Positions 1 to 14,755 of a DNA stretch of 64,000 nucleotides are shown in pieces. Position 1 is the stretch's first letter. Each line of letters begins with the position of its first letter. The DNA is from Glaucostegus cemiculus. Taxonomy: Eukaryota. Both the position numbers and the translations under genes were made by a program. The notes beneath the pieces were generated by a model. It was given only the letters and a program-made list of their open reading frames with translations, had not been told where the DNA came from and did no database searches. The DNA is taken from NCBI GenBank assembly GCA_976551045.1, contig CDPCPM010000317.1:930001-994000 (forward strand). Direction: 5' to 3'.

Positions 1-149
1 CGCTGTATATAAAATCATAAGAGTATACTGTTTGCCTTGACTAATAGTATGGAACTGCTGCACTTGGTCAGATACTGACTGGTTCTTTTTGTTTTCAACC
101 CCACATGATGTCCACTTAATATAGAAACTTTCCATGTAATCAAAAGTAC

Positions 150-360
150 AAGTCATCTAATGAATTACTTTTGTAGCAATTGATAAGTAGGAATACTTGG
201 CACCCAAAATTGAGCACTGTAAGGTCTCCAAAATGTCACTGAATTGAGTTTCCTGTTACTCTTTTAACTTGGTTGAGTGTTGGGTAAAAGCCAACATGGT
301 TTGAGAAGAAAGTAGTGGGAATTGCATGGCATGCAAGCTTTAAATTTTAAAAATCCATCT
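150..360 (-). mobile_element. Highly decayed DeuSINE-like (SacSINE1/AmnSINE-type) fragment
   Basis: Loose similarity to the reverse complement of the copy at 23040-23360; boundaries approximate. Confidence 0.35.
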
Positions 361-1399
361 GATTTTATTCATTGTTGTGCCGGTTAGCTGTTTGCACAGA
401 TAAGGCCTAATAGGGTTCCCATCTCCATCTCTATAGAAGTGAGCTTGTGCACTTTGCGTTTTCTGATTCTATGGATACAATAAATCTTTACTAAATTCTT
501 TCCTGTCTTTTTATCTGGACGCTTCTGTTAAGATCGGCAGTGCTTCAGCTCTGTGTCCACACTTCATACGAGTTTACCTTGTGAATACTTGGCATATATA
601 ATTGCCTGATGTTTGGTCTTGTGCCAATCTTTCTCTTTGATGCAAGTTTGCTCAAGTTTTGATCTTGTGACACCTAAGTGGGCTAAATGAAAACTAAATC
701 AGGTACTAGTTTCACCCATTTTCTTGTGAAATATTTAATTTCCTACTGATTTTTAAATAGAAGTAGCTTAACATTATACAGATCTGATTATAGAGAATGG
801 TATCTTCCTGACTGGTAGATGATATTTTATCTGCAGATTGAACCATTAGTAAGTTCTCTAGGACATGAGTTACTTTCAGGATATTAATTTCAACTTAAAG
901 TTGCTAAATTCATTAACACTGTTTCACTCTAACTTGTTTAGTTTAAGGAAATGGTGATCCCATAGCATCAGTTAGATTATGCACAGATTAAAATGTGGCA
1001 GATCAAGTGATGGTCATAAAGCTACTGAAAAATTTGACGTATTTTTTGGATTTAAATGCTGCAATTCTGATTTTTCCTATGCAGATCAATAGTGCCCAAA
1101 CTTGATTCTTTAGCATTGGCTGCTGTGAAAATGAAGGCCCTGCTTTTTGTCTGTTACTTTAAAAATGGATATTATCTGAAGCATTGTAGCACTTGTTTAC
1201 TGTTAAACATTGTTTTAATTATTCAATTCTTATTATTCAATGTTAATTCATTATGGGAAAAACCCATTGATCTTTTAGAGATAACATTAGAGAATACAAT
1301 GGTGCTGTTGGTTTATTAATTTCCCTGCTCCATGTCATGATTAACACAAGATTAAGTCAACTAGGTAGCATAATCAACTGGACTGAAAGACCTTGGTCA

Positions 1400-1648
1400 G
1401 TAATACAGCACATAAAGGGCTCTTCAGCTCAACTCCTCCATGCTGACCAATGTGCCTACCTGAGCTAGTCCCATTTGTCCCATATCCCTCTAAACCTGTC
1501 CTATCCATGAACCAGTGTAAATCTCTTTTAAATGTTGTAATTGTACTTGCCTCTACCACTTCCTCTGGCAGTATGTTCTATATACCCACCATGGTTTGTG
1601 TGGTAAAGTTGCCCCTCAGATCCCCTTTAAATCTTTCCCCTCTCTCTT
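1400..1648 (-). mobile_element. CR1-clade LINE (HER1-like) 3' fragment
   Basis: Minus-strand translation VVEASTITTFKRDL...MDRTGLEGYG matches the CR1 ORF2 C-terminus; homologous to copies at 16950-17603 and 51035-51430. Confidence 0.85.
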
Positions 1649-4445
1649 TTTAAACACTCAATCCTGAACCAGGATTGTGCCCAACTCTCTCAATGGCTTG
1701 ACTCCTGAGCAGAAGGTTAGCTTTAAGACATGGCAGATTCTTGAAGGCATGTAGTGGGGATGTGTGCTAGCACCCTAATCACTCACCAGCCATCCTGTGG
1801 GCATCCCACCACACTATGACTACTTCCGGCAATGCATTAACCAACCTGCCCCACGCAGATCTTGCCCGTTAAAATTCATTACCTTTTATCCATTTGCTTC
1901 TACTGTGTTCTGAATCCAGACATTCTGCGAATTGCCATCCCTCCCTCTGTCCTGTTCCGAATGGACTGTGAACATACCCCCATCTTTTGTAGTGTAGTGT
2001 AAAATACAAAGTTGTACTTAAATATTGGAATTTTTCTGCCAGTGTTCATTTTAATGAAAGCAATTCTAAGGAAGGCATTAATGGCATGGCATCTATATTT
2101 GTATTTTCTTGACTTTTGAACCTGACCTGCCTATGGATTTTGGGCAAAGATTGTACGCATTATTGTGGCTCCTTGTGCAGTAAGGCATGATTGTTTGTAG
2201 ATATTTTATCAAGACATTTATGAATGAAACATAAAGCAGAAATGTTCTTCCAAATTTCAGATTCTGATGCATTTACAAAAGTAACCCTTGTTTTCACCTG
2301 CAAGCTATTAGTCTTATTTGATGGGCTATGGGATTGAATATCACCTTGCCTCTTTCAGGGATCTGAGATTCTGTAGTCTGAAGGACATAAATGTGAACTG
2401 CATTGGTGCATTGTGATGAATAATGTCTTGCATATCAATTTTTAATGTTATTCCAGTAGCTTTACTAACAAATTGGTTAATCTTGATGCTTACATTTTTA
2501 TCAAATTGATATTGCTACATTGCTATTGATGTTATCTGTCCACCATATTTCCAGTGTCTACATTGCAGTTTAAGTTTTGGTGCAACAAGTTCAGTAGAGA
2601 TCATCTCAAAATGTGACAATCACATTTTCGCTCGGCTTGTTTTCTTCTTCACCTAAAAGTAACATGTTAATTTTGCCCTAATGGTGGAAGAAGAAAAGTG
2701 CATGAACACGTGCTGTTGTATAAACTGTCTTTATTTCTAAAGGATCTTTTATAATTTCTTCCATTATCTCTCGGATAATTGCTGGCCAGTAGATCAGCAA
2801 TTGAAACATCTCCCCTGTGGACTCGAGTGCACCATTGTTTGTTTTTGAGATGAATGTTTTAATGTGGCATTGTTTAACCATACAGGGTTTATTAAGAATT
2901 TTAAATTGATTTCAGCAAACAGTGGTTCACAATATTTGGGTATTTTGCTTCAATTGGAGAACCCGAATTAAGTTGGCATAATTCTTTTGCTCCTTTTCCT
3001 GGCACTGGACCGTACTGAAGCCAAGATGCTAGTTGTTTTGCCAACAGTGCCACGAGGATGATAATGCAGGCTGAGGGAATACATCTTTATTACTTGTGAG
3101 CCAAATGTAGTGCATCATATAGTTGAAAGCTAATACACATACCAAGCTGTCTCTGCCAAGAACATTGCGAAATGTTGTTTCCCCACTGCTCCAGTGCAGC
3201 CTGTCACCTTTTGTATGTCCGACATCTTCTGAATTACAGCCAGAGGCACAGAGGAGCTATTAACAGAATTTCCCTACTAAATGCCTCAAATTTTTCTGCC
3301 TTAATAGGCTATGTTTGCTGCTTAGCTGTAGTTACTGTTAGCATGCAAACCTTCTGCAATCTATGCCACAGTGTAGAAAGACTTTTTTTCAGGGTGGGGG
3401 AGGGAATTATTTTGATTAGATTGACTGGTATATAAAAAAAACATAGCTTGGGTTTATAGTTTTGTAATTTGGAAACTTGAATTGGAAATCAGCTGCATTC
3501 TTTATAGAAACTTGCTCAGGCACATTCTAAGGTTTATAAGGAATAAAATGTTAAGCAGAGTATTTTTTTCACTTAAGTTGACATGTCCATTTAATTTAAA
3601 TATTAAACATTTCCCATACAAATTTTTAGTACATTTTAGTCATTCATAATTTCAGTACTGACTACAGTAGGGCAGAGGACAGAAGCATAGATGGTATGCA
3701 TTGACCTTCATCAAAAAGCAATGTGTAGCTTTGTATCTGAGGCCCAAGCCATAAATGTTCTAGTGAACTGCAAACTGATTTTTATTTGGATGATGACCAG
3801 GTCAATGCTGTAGTTTGACTTTTTAAACAGTAACTTCTGAAACTAAAGGGAATTTTTGTGCACTTGATATTAAATGAAGTTGGGAGGGCAATTCCAAGTT
3901 GTTTTGTTGTCATATGCATAAGTATGTGAGGTACAGGTACAAGGAAAAACTTGCAGCAGAATCACAGGCAATTGTATTAATGTAATGCAATTTTGAAATA
4001 GATGTTGCATTTGATTTTGTACCATTATTGATTGTAAATCTCCATATTGGGGTAGATCAAAATCCCATCCATATAAATCTGAAGTGACATAAGCTATTGT
4101 TTAGTTCCCGGGAGTGCATTGAAATAGTTTAATTTCTTTGTCTTGTTATATAGTGTAGTTGGTCTACTTGAAGTAGTTGTTCTTTGTAGGCTTTCTGTTT
4201 GCAGATAGTTTATTTTCGATGGCCTTTAACTTTATTCATTATATGCATTACCGTACCTTCTCATGGCAAAGACACAAAGGTTTCAACTATTTTGATTGTC
4301 AGTAACATTTGTACATTTGTATTCAGTTACTATCAAAATCGCCATTGTACGTTAATAGTGTTCAAGCTCTAGACTTAACCAACTTCACAAAAAAAAAATC
4401 TAGTCCTCGAGTGGAGGGTGGGTGGTAACAGTTCCATGAACATCT

Positions 4446-4745
4446 AAGATATCTTTATTAGTCATGTACATCGAAACACACAGTGAAATGCATCTTTTGC
4501 ATAGTGTTCTGGAGGCAGCCTGCAAGTGTCGCCATGCAGCCGGCGCCAGCATAGCATGCCCACGACTTCCTAATCCGTACGTCTTTTGGAATGTGGCAAA
4601 AGAATGTGGGAGGGAAACCAGAGCACCCAGAGGAAACCCATGCAGCCACGGGGAGAACGTACAAACTCCTTACAGGCAGTGGCCGTAATTGAACCCAGGT
4701 CACTGGCGCTGTAATAGCATTACACTAACCGCTAGACTACTGTAG
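4446..4745 (-). mobile_element. tRNA-derived V-SINE with non-CR1 (Rex1-like) 3' tail
   Basis: On the minus strand: A/B-box head (GGGTTCAATT), then the V-domain GTAAGGAGTTTGTACGTTCTCCCCGTGGCTGCATGGGTTTCCTCTGGGTGCTCTGGTTTCC, then a tail ending GATGTACATGACTAATAAAG. Confidence 0.85.
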
Positions 4746-6579
4746 CCTTTGGTGCTATTCCTGGGCAGGTTATACCTCAAAAACATACTTGATGGCATCC
4801 AGGGCAGGGATGGTGGATTGTTCAGGAGTAATGCAAATTTCATTTGTAAATTGTTCTGGTTCTGAGTACTTATAGCTTTTGGATTTTTGCAGAGTTGCTG
4901 TACCTACAAGATGGCTAACTGCAGAATAGTTGATCTGAAATCTTCTTTGCAAATTAGGCTTTTTTTTAAACTGAATAGCTGAATTGGCATGGAGGAATTT
5001 TTGGGGAAAGAAGTCAGCCCAGTGTAATATTATTAAGGCTTTTGCTTTGCCTCATTTTGACCAAGGCAGCAGTCATATGTTAACATTTGTCAATGATGCC
5101 TCGGTAAGGGAAAAATCAAGTTCCTGCTCCTGTCTGCAACCTAACAAAAGTGGTAAGTGGAACATTTCTGTTGTCAGATAGAATAGGAAATCCAAGTTTA
5201 ACCTTTGCTTTCATGTAGTTGGGTAGGCACGTGCTTCATTTGGTTTTGCAGCCACTTAGAAATCAGAATTCCAGTTTTGGATTGTAACCTAGTGATGCTC
5301 AGGAGGAAAGAAAAATATAAGTGTCTATTTCTAGATGTAAAATGTTTTGTGGACTTTCCAGTAACTACTTTGTAAGAAGACTGGAAATATCTCCAGAAGC
5401 ATGATTGCTATTTAAATCTTTTGAAATGAGATGCACAGTTACCAAGAAACGATTTTAGTGTGCCTATTTGTCTGCATCACTTGTTAGGGTGACTTCTAAA
5501 TGTAAGTAAGTTAAATAAAGACATTTGATATTCAAGTCTGAAATTGTATTGACTTGAACATTTGGTACTGGATTCATTTAAAAAGAAAGTTAAAGGTTGA
5601 AATCCCTGTCTTGCAATACCCTTGAGGTAAGGGAAAACTGTCAAGAGTTGGGTTTGCAGAGAAGTTTGAATGGAATGAGCAAGGAAGGGGAAAAAAGGTT
5701 GTAGATGCAAATTTGCAAATGCACAGAACTTGTATTTGTACTTGGCATCTTGATGGTAAGTGTAATTTTTAATATCTCAAGGGAGAGGGGAAAACTGCCT
5801 GAAGGTTATTAATCTAAGTATTTAAGAACTTTTTTTTAAACAGCTTCAAGTAACTAATCCCACAAAATAACATGAACTGCTTTAAATTGGCCTCCATTCC
5901 CCTGTACCTTTAGCTATCATAGCCTTAATCTTATGCACTAGCCCCAATTAAAGTTGCTATATTTATTAAAACTGACTCCTAGGTACACACTTTACATTTG
6001 ACTTTACGGAATCGTTAAACTTGTCACCAGGTATGGTGTTATAAGTGTCCCATAATAAAGCTGCTTCTGTTTGCTGGCCCTACGCACAATTGGTTATCTG
6101 TCTATTTTCTGGAAGCACCAGCCTTTGTTCAAATTTTTAACTGGGTTTTGCTTTTATCTCATCTAGACTTTTATGATTCATGGTGGCTGTCCAGTTCAAA
6201 TTTCTTGCTTCCATCTTCCAGTATTCAACAGGATCCTATCAGCAATGCATTCTGCCCTTCTGGCATTGTATTGAATGGCAGATAATCAATGTGCAAACCT
6301 TGCTATAAATGAAGTGCTGGAGGGATTTGTTGGTTTTTCCAAATATAACTGTATACCAAGCAGTTTTATTTTTATAAAAGATATTTTAATGGGAAGTACC
6401 AAATGTAGCAGTGGGTTGGGGGGTGGAGAGAATATATCTTCCATTTTTTATGTATACAATAAAATTCAATTGCATTGTTCACAGTATTTCTTGCATCAGA
6501 ATCTTTTAAAACTTCGTTGTTCTGGCATACTTGATTACCAATGAAGTACCATATGAAGTGCAGACTTATGATATAGGGA

Positions 6580-6720
6580 ATGGACTATTTGCAAGCATCA
6601 CTGTCCCAATAAGTAATGTGATGACCAGATAATCTATTTCCTGTGATGTTGGTTGAAATATAAACATTAACCAGGACAGGATAACCTGCCTGCCCTTGAT
6701 ATTTTACTTCCACTTGTAAC
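6580..6720 (-). mobile_element. DeuSINE-like fragment
   Basis: ATGACCAGATAATCT...GATGTTGGTTGAAATATAAACATTAACCAGGACA is the reverse complement of the Deu central domain. Confidence 0.55.
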
Positions 6721-9339
6721 TGCATGAATCCAGAGTATACAGCATATTTAAACAAATGTGTAGATTTATCATACCCTTGTGAAGAAGTGCCCAATGTAAC
6801 ATGATTCCCATTATTTATCCCAATTCAAACCCCTACAGATAAGTCTTGTTTCAAAGATGAATTGTTTTACTTTAAGTTCTATGGTTGAAAGAAATGATAT
6901 TGTAATCCATATTTTTCACAAAACTATTCAGCTATTTGTATCTTCCCCAGCTGCAGAATTTTCTTTGGAAGGCATGCACAGATGAGTAATATGTGTACTA
7001 TACCTGATATAATTGTTCACTTTTGGCTGTTTTATTATGGGTGCAGCACCACTTTGGAGGCAGTGGTTATTTGGAGGAACTAGTTCTGATGTAAGCAGTT
7101 CGTGAATGTGGCATTTTTTTATATTGAAGTTTATCTTGGATAATTTGCATGTCTTGATGTTTCCTGCTTGAGTCATCATTTGGGAATCAGTACTTGGAAG
7201 TCTGGATAATTCTTCACCCAGGGTCATGAATATAATGCCATTTACTTTTTGTTTGAGGTATCTGACTTTAATGCTCTGACATTAATTGGAACTATGATGG
7301 TCAATTGCTATACAAGTTAAACCAAATCAGCTCAGTGTTTATATTTTAAGTAACAGCAATGATGCTTCTCTAAAATGTGTTAACATTATTTTAAAACTTT
7401 TATTAAGATGGAATTGAGTGGTTTTACTACAGTTGTAAAATTCTTCAATTCAAATGAAATGCTGGTTTAGGATCTTTATGGGTTGAGTGAAGAATTTGCC
7501 TTTTTGGTGTGGCATAATTAGCAAGTTTAATCATTTTAAGCCTTTGGTTCTTATTTCTAGTGGTAACTTAATGGCCTTTTCTCCCCTGACCCCAAAATGA
7601 TTTGTTTACATGTTAGATTTATCACCATTTTAACTTGCAAATTGATTGTAACAACCTACTGTGTTTCTGGCCTAATGTACTTATGGCATTGCTCTTGTAA
7701 AATTCTTGTAAGGTTGAGGTGACCTTAAATTCAGTGAATGTTTGATACTGAGGGACTTTTTAATTTGCTCTGCAGAAAGACTGGTGTCTGTTAATTGATT
7801 TACAGCATTTGTGGCAAGATTTTGCAGTCTTACTATGTGCATTAAGTGCACGATGTGTTGTCCTTTGTACTTAGAAACCTTTAAAAAAAAGTTGGATTAC
7901 TTGCCATAGTACAGTAAACCATAAGGTATTGTAGTGTGGGGTATTGCAATTAGTCATCTGAATTGTGTAAGAAGCCTACCACTAATCCTGTTCAATCCCA
8001 CTAGTCTAATAAAATGGCTGTACCGCAGCTACTTCTGGTATGCCACACCTAGATTATGTAATACTTTGGTTCTGGAACTGAGCAGTTTAACCTTATAAGG
8101 TAATCTCGTTGAAGCATTACCTGGGGAGTGGCTTTTGTTGAAGGACAGTGTTATCTGCATAGCTGAATCTGAGTCGGCTGTGAAATCATCATGCTACTGA
8201 AAGGCGACTGCTTTTTTTTCTGTCAAACCCTTCAGATGTTCTACAAAGGAGATATTGAAAATGGAACACCCTCTTTGGGTTATACAAGAATGTATTGAGA
8301 GACATTGATACTGGGCAGTTTACAAGTACACAGTGCTGTGGAATAAATGATCTGCCATCTCCAAAATCTCGGTGTTTTTTTAATATACAAATGCTTGTCA
8401 GTAAATGTGCATACTTTGTGCATGTAGTCAGTTTGCATGTGTAAATAAAGAAAGAACTAGGTAAGGAAGACAGTAATTTTTGAGGCAGTGTAAAGACATT
8501 TGAGCAATGGATAGTAGTTTAACATTGATTTTTGAACCTCCTCCTTGGACCTTGCTTGCTTTAAGTGGAATTTCAAGCTCACATTATTTCTTCTAGGCTG
8601 GCACAGGGTAGAAACAATGAATCTGGAAGCCATAAAGTATGTCCATTTGAATTTATCCTCGGTGTTTTGGGTTTAAAAATACAAGTTAAGCATTCTTAAT
8701 ATGGATGGGGAGGGTAAGAAACTAGAATGATTGTTTCTACAGCCGTAAACCTACTATCTATAAAGAATTGGATAGGTAAGGGAATGTGAATGGATTGTCG
8801 AGAAATTGAAGCACGCTTTTCACACCTTGAGTACTGGAAGAAGCCACTTGGGGTTTGTAATTCATCTGAAAATTTAATTTGGAAAGAGACAAGGGTAGAG
8901 AAAACTTTGCAGTTAGCATAGTTGGGTGGAGTGATATTTAAAGTAAATTTTCAATACAAGAATGGGTAAGGGATTGTCAGGTCTGAGATCTTAATCTTCA
9001 AATATTTATACTTTTTTATCAATTGACTAAAGGCTGCTGGTAATAACAGTGGTGCTGAATTTCCATCCTCTGCCTTTGAGAGAGGGTGTTTGAGATGTGG
9101 GAAGTGGTCCGTTTTCAGGGTCTTGCTCCAAACTTTCATTGTGAGAAGGAAGTGTGCTATAGCAGAGGAAGGTTGGTGCAGAGATATTTTTCTTCTGTAG
9201 ATGTGTAAGGCCCTTTTTTTTCCCCCTCCCCCCATGCTTCAATGATGGTGTTGCCAATGGCTTGAAGCCTGGCCTCTGAGCATGTACCAATAAGAATAGT
9301 CTTGTATACTACAAAGGTGTTGGGTCACCTTGGTTCTGG

Positions 9340-9610
9340 AGTGTAGTTGCTGTAGGTCGACCAGCTTCACATTAGTTTTGTTTCCCTTATTTAGGATAGG
9401 ATATACTAGCATCTGGGGCAGACCACAAGGGATGTACCAGGCTCATTCCTGGAATGAGCGGGTTGTATAATCATGAATAGATTTTTAAATTAAAAATTTA
9501 GACCCGTATTCTTCAGAGTTCTGAAGAGTGATTTATAGAAATGTGTATGATCTTAAAGGAACAAGACAAAATAGATGTTGAGTGAGTCTCTTGAAGGAGA
9601 ATCTATGGTC
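9340..9610 (+). mobile_element. Old CR1 LINE RT C-terminal remnant
   Basis: CCCTTATTTAGGATAGGATATACTAGCA...ACCAGGCTCATTCCTGGAATGAGCGGGTTG resembles the CR1 'PYLRKDI..LE..QRRFTRLIPGM.GL' segment. Confidence 0.55.
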
Positions 9611-12600
9611 CATGCCTACTCAAAGTAGAGAAGCATTGGGGTGGTATTGAGAACCATGAGGTCATGCACCTTGAGCACACACGCACCCTGTGTCATTGGT
9701 AGAAGGAATGAATTGTACCACAAACCATTTGCCCTTCTGGCCTGTCGGCTACCAATAGCTGCATCTAAGTAGGAGTTTGCAAATCCCTCCTTGGCTTCAT
9801 TGGCCTCCTTTATATCCCAAATAACTGGAGTGGAAGTAAGTTTTTTCTTTAATACTGCATAGCCAGTGGAAGGAAAATGTGAATGTCAGAGACGCATGTT
9901 TTGACTTTTTATTAGACAGGTTGTAGGTCTGTCTGGCCTACTGAGGAAATGAGCCCCACTGAAAGAGCTCGCCTTTCACACAAAATTGCTTAACTTTTCA
10001 CCGTGATGTATTTCAAGGTACCACTAAATACACTGTTCTTTCAGTCCTAGCCCTGTTGCATTGTCGCAATATGTTTTCAAAAGTAGTTTTTGAATGCTGG
10101 CATTAATCAGTGCAAAAATGATCTGTAGAAAGCTAACTCTTAAAGTGTGCATTTATGATCTGTTGAATTTCTCCAAAAAAGTTAAAAACTGATCAATTGG
10201 CCCATTATAACTGCTCCCTTTGTTAGAACCAAAGCTAATATCTTGTATTCTTACAGCTTTGCATTTTTCTTCTTTCAGGTTTACTAACATTTTTAATTCT
10301 CCTCTCCTTGTGGTAAATGCTCCATGTTCTAATGCCAGTTCACATACAGATTGCTTCGCCCCCTAAGCATTGAGTTCAGTTTGTTCACTAGTTTAGAACA
10401 AAATATTTTTTCATTGTAGGTTTCTAGTTTTCTTTTTTCTAGCTTTATTTTATGGCTATAAGTTGTGTGAAATTCTACCAACTCTTTCTCCAAACACCAC
10501 TTCCAAAAGCATTCTGTACGGACAGCACACATAAAATTAATAGCTTGATTATCATAGATGTGGAAGAACTGTAATGGAATTTGAATTTTACACTGTCTGC
10601 TAATACTTCCCATGTTATGCATAGTCATGAAACTTGCTGTGCTTTCTAAACTAGGTAATTGCGCAATAAGCTTTAACATTTGAATTCTACAGGTATTTCT
10701 CCTCCCAGTTTGATCCACTGCCACATTAATCTATTCATATTAATAAATTGAGTGACCATTTGACCATGGCTGTGAAGGGGGTGAGTTGGAGAAACAAATT
10801 CTCATTAAGGTATTTTCATTAGGACAGATGCTTTCAAGCATTCTAGATGTAGTTGACAAATAAGTGTTTTTTTTTTCTCCTTTGAGGGCCATCCTGCCAT
10901 CTTCTTGGCTGGCCACAGTAGCCAAATCCTGGCAGGATTTCCATCAGTGAATGGAAACTGGCTTATTGCCAATAACATTTCACAAGTCATTTTCCATACA
11001 CAAGCAAACTGCCCTGAGAAACCTGTTGACTCTTAAAAGCAAAGTTGCTAATCTCCTAATCACTAATGTTGAAAGGCAATTCAATGGGAAAGGGGTCTAC
11101 TTCATATTAATTCTATAATGGCAGTGATTACATAGCTGACAATTCTAATAATTTTTAAGTTTAAGCATGAACTTCAAATGTGATATTTCAGGTAACATTC
11201 AGAAAATTATGAATTTTTATTTATAAACTGAATAGTTTCTGCTTGCTAGCTTGAACATTATTTCCTATTGTACTCAAGATCTGAAAGAAAATGTCATGTT
11301 ATTTGTAAATTGTTCTCGGTCCTTCTCATGGGGGTCACGTGAATAGCCTGTAGATTGGGATATTGGTGCTGGACTGCTGCCTTCCCTGTGCCAAGGGGAA
11401 AAAATGATTGCAGCTAAATCTAACTGTTCTAGCCCAGCAGCCCTGTGTGGGGATTACTAGAGATATTTGGGGAGGGTGGAGGGTGGTCTGTGGTCAAACA
11501 TAACATTCTAGCTGCTGTACTGACAAAAGTGGGTTATCTTGGTCTCTTCATAGCTCAGATGTGCTTAATACTCTTCTCCACTTAGATCATAATAAATCTT
11601 TAATTTCTGTACTCATTCTGCATGTGGAGATGGTAAGTATTTTGCACAACCTATTTCACAGTTTTGAGGGACTGATGGTTGATGACCATGTTGACTTGTT
11701 TTGAATCTTACCAATTCTAAAATATCTTTACCAAAATTGAATAAAATCTTTGAACAAGAGTGGTAAAGGAGTGGCCTATTTGAGTATTTTCTGCCATTTC
11801 ATCAGATGGCCAACTGATCTTCATTTTCTGGCTAAACAGTTTTGAAAGCTTTAATTTCTCTGATCTTTGAACTGAAGAAGTGTTCCCAATTTCTATTGCA
11901 TTTGGAAGTTGAATCTGAATTTAGAAGGTGGGGTTTTGAGAATTTAAAATTCTCATTCTCCCTTCCATCTACCTGAAAAGCATATGTAAAAAATAATGTT
12001 ATTAACTCAATTGGATCAGGCAAAAAAAAATCCCACAATCACAGCAATAGACGTTTTACACAGTTTGGCTTTAAAAAGTGTGTTGCCCAAAACTGAGCTG
12101 CGCAAGATTAGATTGCTCTATTGGTATTAAACGCTCTTAAGTGTCTTTAATATATTTCGGTCTTGCAAATAAGGTCAATATTTGGTGTCCTTTTTAATTT
12201 CTTTTCGAGGCTTTAATTTGGGTATTTGTACTCTAGTCTCTCTCCATTCTCTTCTGTTCCTATTTTCTTAATATTGTTGCTCCTGGTGCTGTATTGGATG
12301 ACTTCAACTTGCCCACATTGAACTACATTTACCACAATTTTAGTCAACCACTTTGTCAAATCATAATCATGTGCCTGAGTGGCTATTGAATTTTTGATAA
12401 AACTACTTGTTATTCCTGTCTTTTTCTGAAACAGTGCAATTTACTTTTAGCTTGAGGTGGGACAGTGGGGGAGAATTCTTTCCTTGAAACTTAACTGCTA
12501 TTTGGGTACAGTAAGCAAGTAACTACTGACATAGCAAATGCATTGATATAGCTATTGTGCTTGTATTTTGATACATGATACATTTTTTGATTCACTAAAG

Positions 12601-12911
12601 ATGTATAAAGTATCATGCTAAATCTTTTGGCTCCTGAAAACTGCTTCATGGTATGGGTGGTGGGCTTGTGTAAAAACACATGCTGCACTGGATGCTTAAA
12701 TTCAGTGCATGATCTCATCAGCCAAAAATGCTGTAACTGTGATTGTTATGACTGGAAGTCATGAAATGAGCAAATTTACCATTGAGCTAGCTGACTGTGG
12801 CATTGAAGAAAAGTGCTTGTTGAAAATTTGTCACTAATTTCTATTTAAAAATGAGAGCATCAGTTCTCAGTTGATTGTGGATATTTCAATTAAATTTAAA
12901 TTAAATATAAA

Positions 12912-13108
12912 TTTTATTTACAGTGTGGTAACAGGCCCTTTTGGCCTTCCGAGTCCACGCCGCCCATTTTAAACCCACAAATTAACCTACCCGTACGTCT
13001 TTCAGAATGTGGGAGGAAACTAGAGCACCCGGAGGAAACCCACGCAGACACGGGAGAACGTACAAACTCCTTACAGTCAGCAACGGGAATCTTGCTATCG
13101 TGCCGCCC
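12912..13108 (-). mobile_element. HE1-like V-SINE with CR1-type tail and an internal deletion in the tRNA head
   Basis: Reverse complement is about 90% identical by eye to 30848-31016. Confidence 0.88.
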
Positions 13109-14755
13109 AAAATGTATATAAATGCAAACCTCTATACAGTTTAGAGATGACTTGGTGTTTCTCTCATTGACTAGGAATGTAAAGTTCATTAAGATGATTT
13201 AACAGGTGGTAAGGATTGTTTGAAGGCAATGTTGATGTCATGTACTTCTGATTGAATTTCCAATTGAGTTTAAGCTACAGAGCAATTCATTATGAACATT
13301 TTGGGATTTGTAATTTTTTATATTCTGTTGGCTACAGTGCAAGTTGCTACTGATTCTAATTCTCACTGATTCTGTCATCTCCTGCTGTTCCTTGCTGTAA
13401 TGATAAATGAAAAGGTTTCTAGATGTAAATGCATGTTCTGTTACTCTCCATTCTGAAACCTCACTGCAATTGGAATCCACATGATAAATAGGCCACTTCT
13501 AGTTAATCCTTTGTTTCTTTTGTCTACTTGCCATGCTTGGCAGCACACCTAATGTCTTGCTCTGCAACAAAAACTTCTGAAGCTTCTTTAAAGTAGTTAC
13601 CAACTCCTTTTTTTGTACTTTGAACCAACACATTACCTTCCTTGATCTGTTTACCATTGGCTTATTTCGAATTCAGTGCCTTTTGTGGCCATTAGATCTT
13701 TTGCATCTGCTTGCCACTATATTGATTCTAGTAGAATAACAGCTACCATTGTTTCTTAAAATCAAAGGTTGCAGGCTTGGGTGCTCATGATGCACAATTG
13801 GTCTTGATGCCCAATACCTAATCTATCTTGACTTTAAATATCAGTTCCTCTTTGCCATAGTATTATGGAATGCATACATTTCCTCAAATACCTTTTCTCT
13901 TTCCTATTGATTTTCACCTTTTTGATGCCCAATAAGTTTATGGACTTTTATTTTTCAATTGATCAACTGCCTATCTTTCACTCTTTCTTTCTGACTCTGG
14001 ATTCATCTTTCTTTTTGCCCTCATCTGTAGTATTTTGTAAGCAAAATTGTGACCTTCCTGCTCTGTAACTTGGGAATTCATTATAGCACTACAGATCAAG
14101 AGAAATGGTTATGATAAAAGATGAAAATGCCAAATTGTGTAGAACCTCTCAGATTTTCGCATGTAGTTTTTAACACGATTGATTGAAGTTTCTGGCACAG
14201 TTTCTTAACCATATGTCTGTCTGGAGTGTTTAGATCAGATTCAGACCTTGCAGTTTTAAAGAACTATTTTCAGGTTGAAAGAAAATGCTGTTGTATGTAG
14301 TGACATTAAAAAATTACAATGGTTCAATGTCACTTAAAATGCTGCCATATCTTTAAGGCCTTTAAGAAGACTGAAGTAGATCTTAAGCAGAGGACTGAAA
14401 TCTACTTTGGTGAGAGTACATGACAATACCTGTGCTGTTTCCAGAGAGTCTGAGGTCTCTGATTTCCTTCTGGTGAGGCTGCCATTCAAATGCTATATTA
14501 CTGATTTGCTTTTCGACTTCCTCCCTGTCGATTTTGGCCCCACCACTACCAAATTGTGTCTATCCAGTCCCTGATCTTCAAAGCATTTCTTCCAACTTTC
14601 ATATTTAAACTCGTTATCTTCTGAGATCATCCTTTACCATTATGCCTTCAGTCACCTTTATCATACTTGGTATACCTTTCTAAAAAAAAGTGAGTTGATC
14701 CATTCTAGCATTAAAATGACATATTTACATGTTTGCTTTATTTTAAATATTTAGT

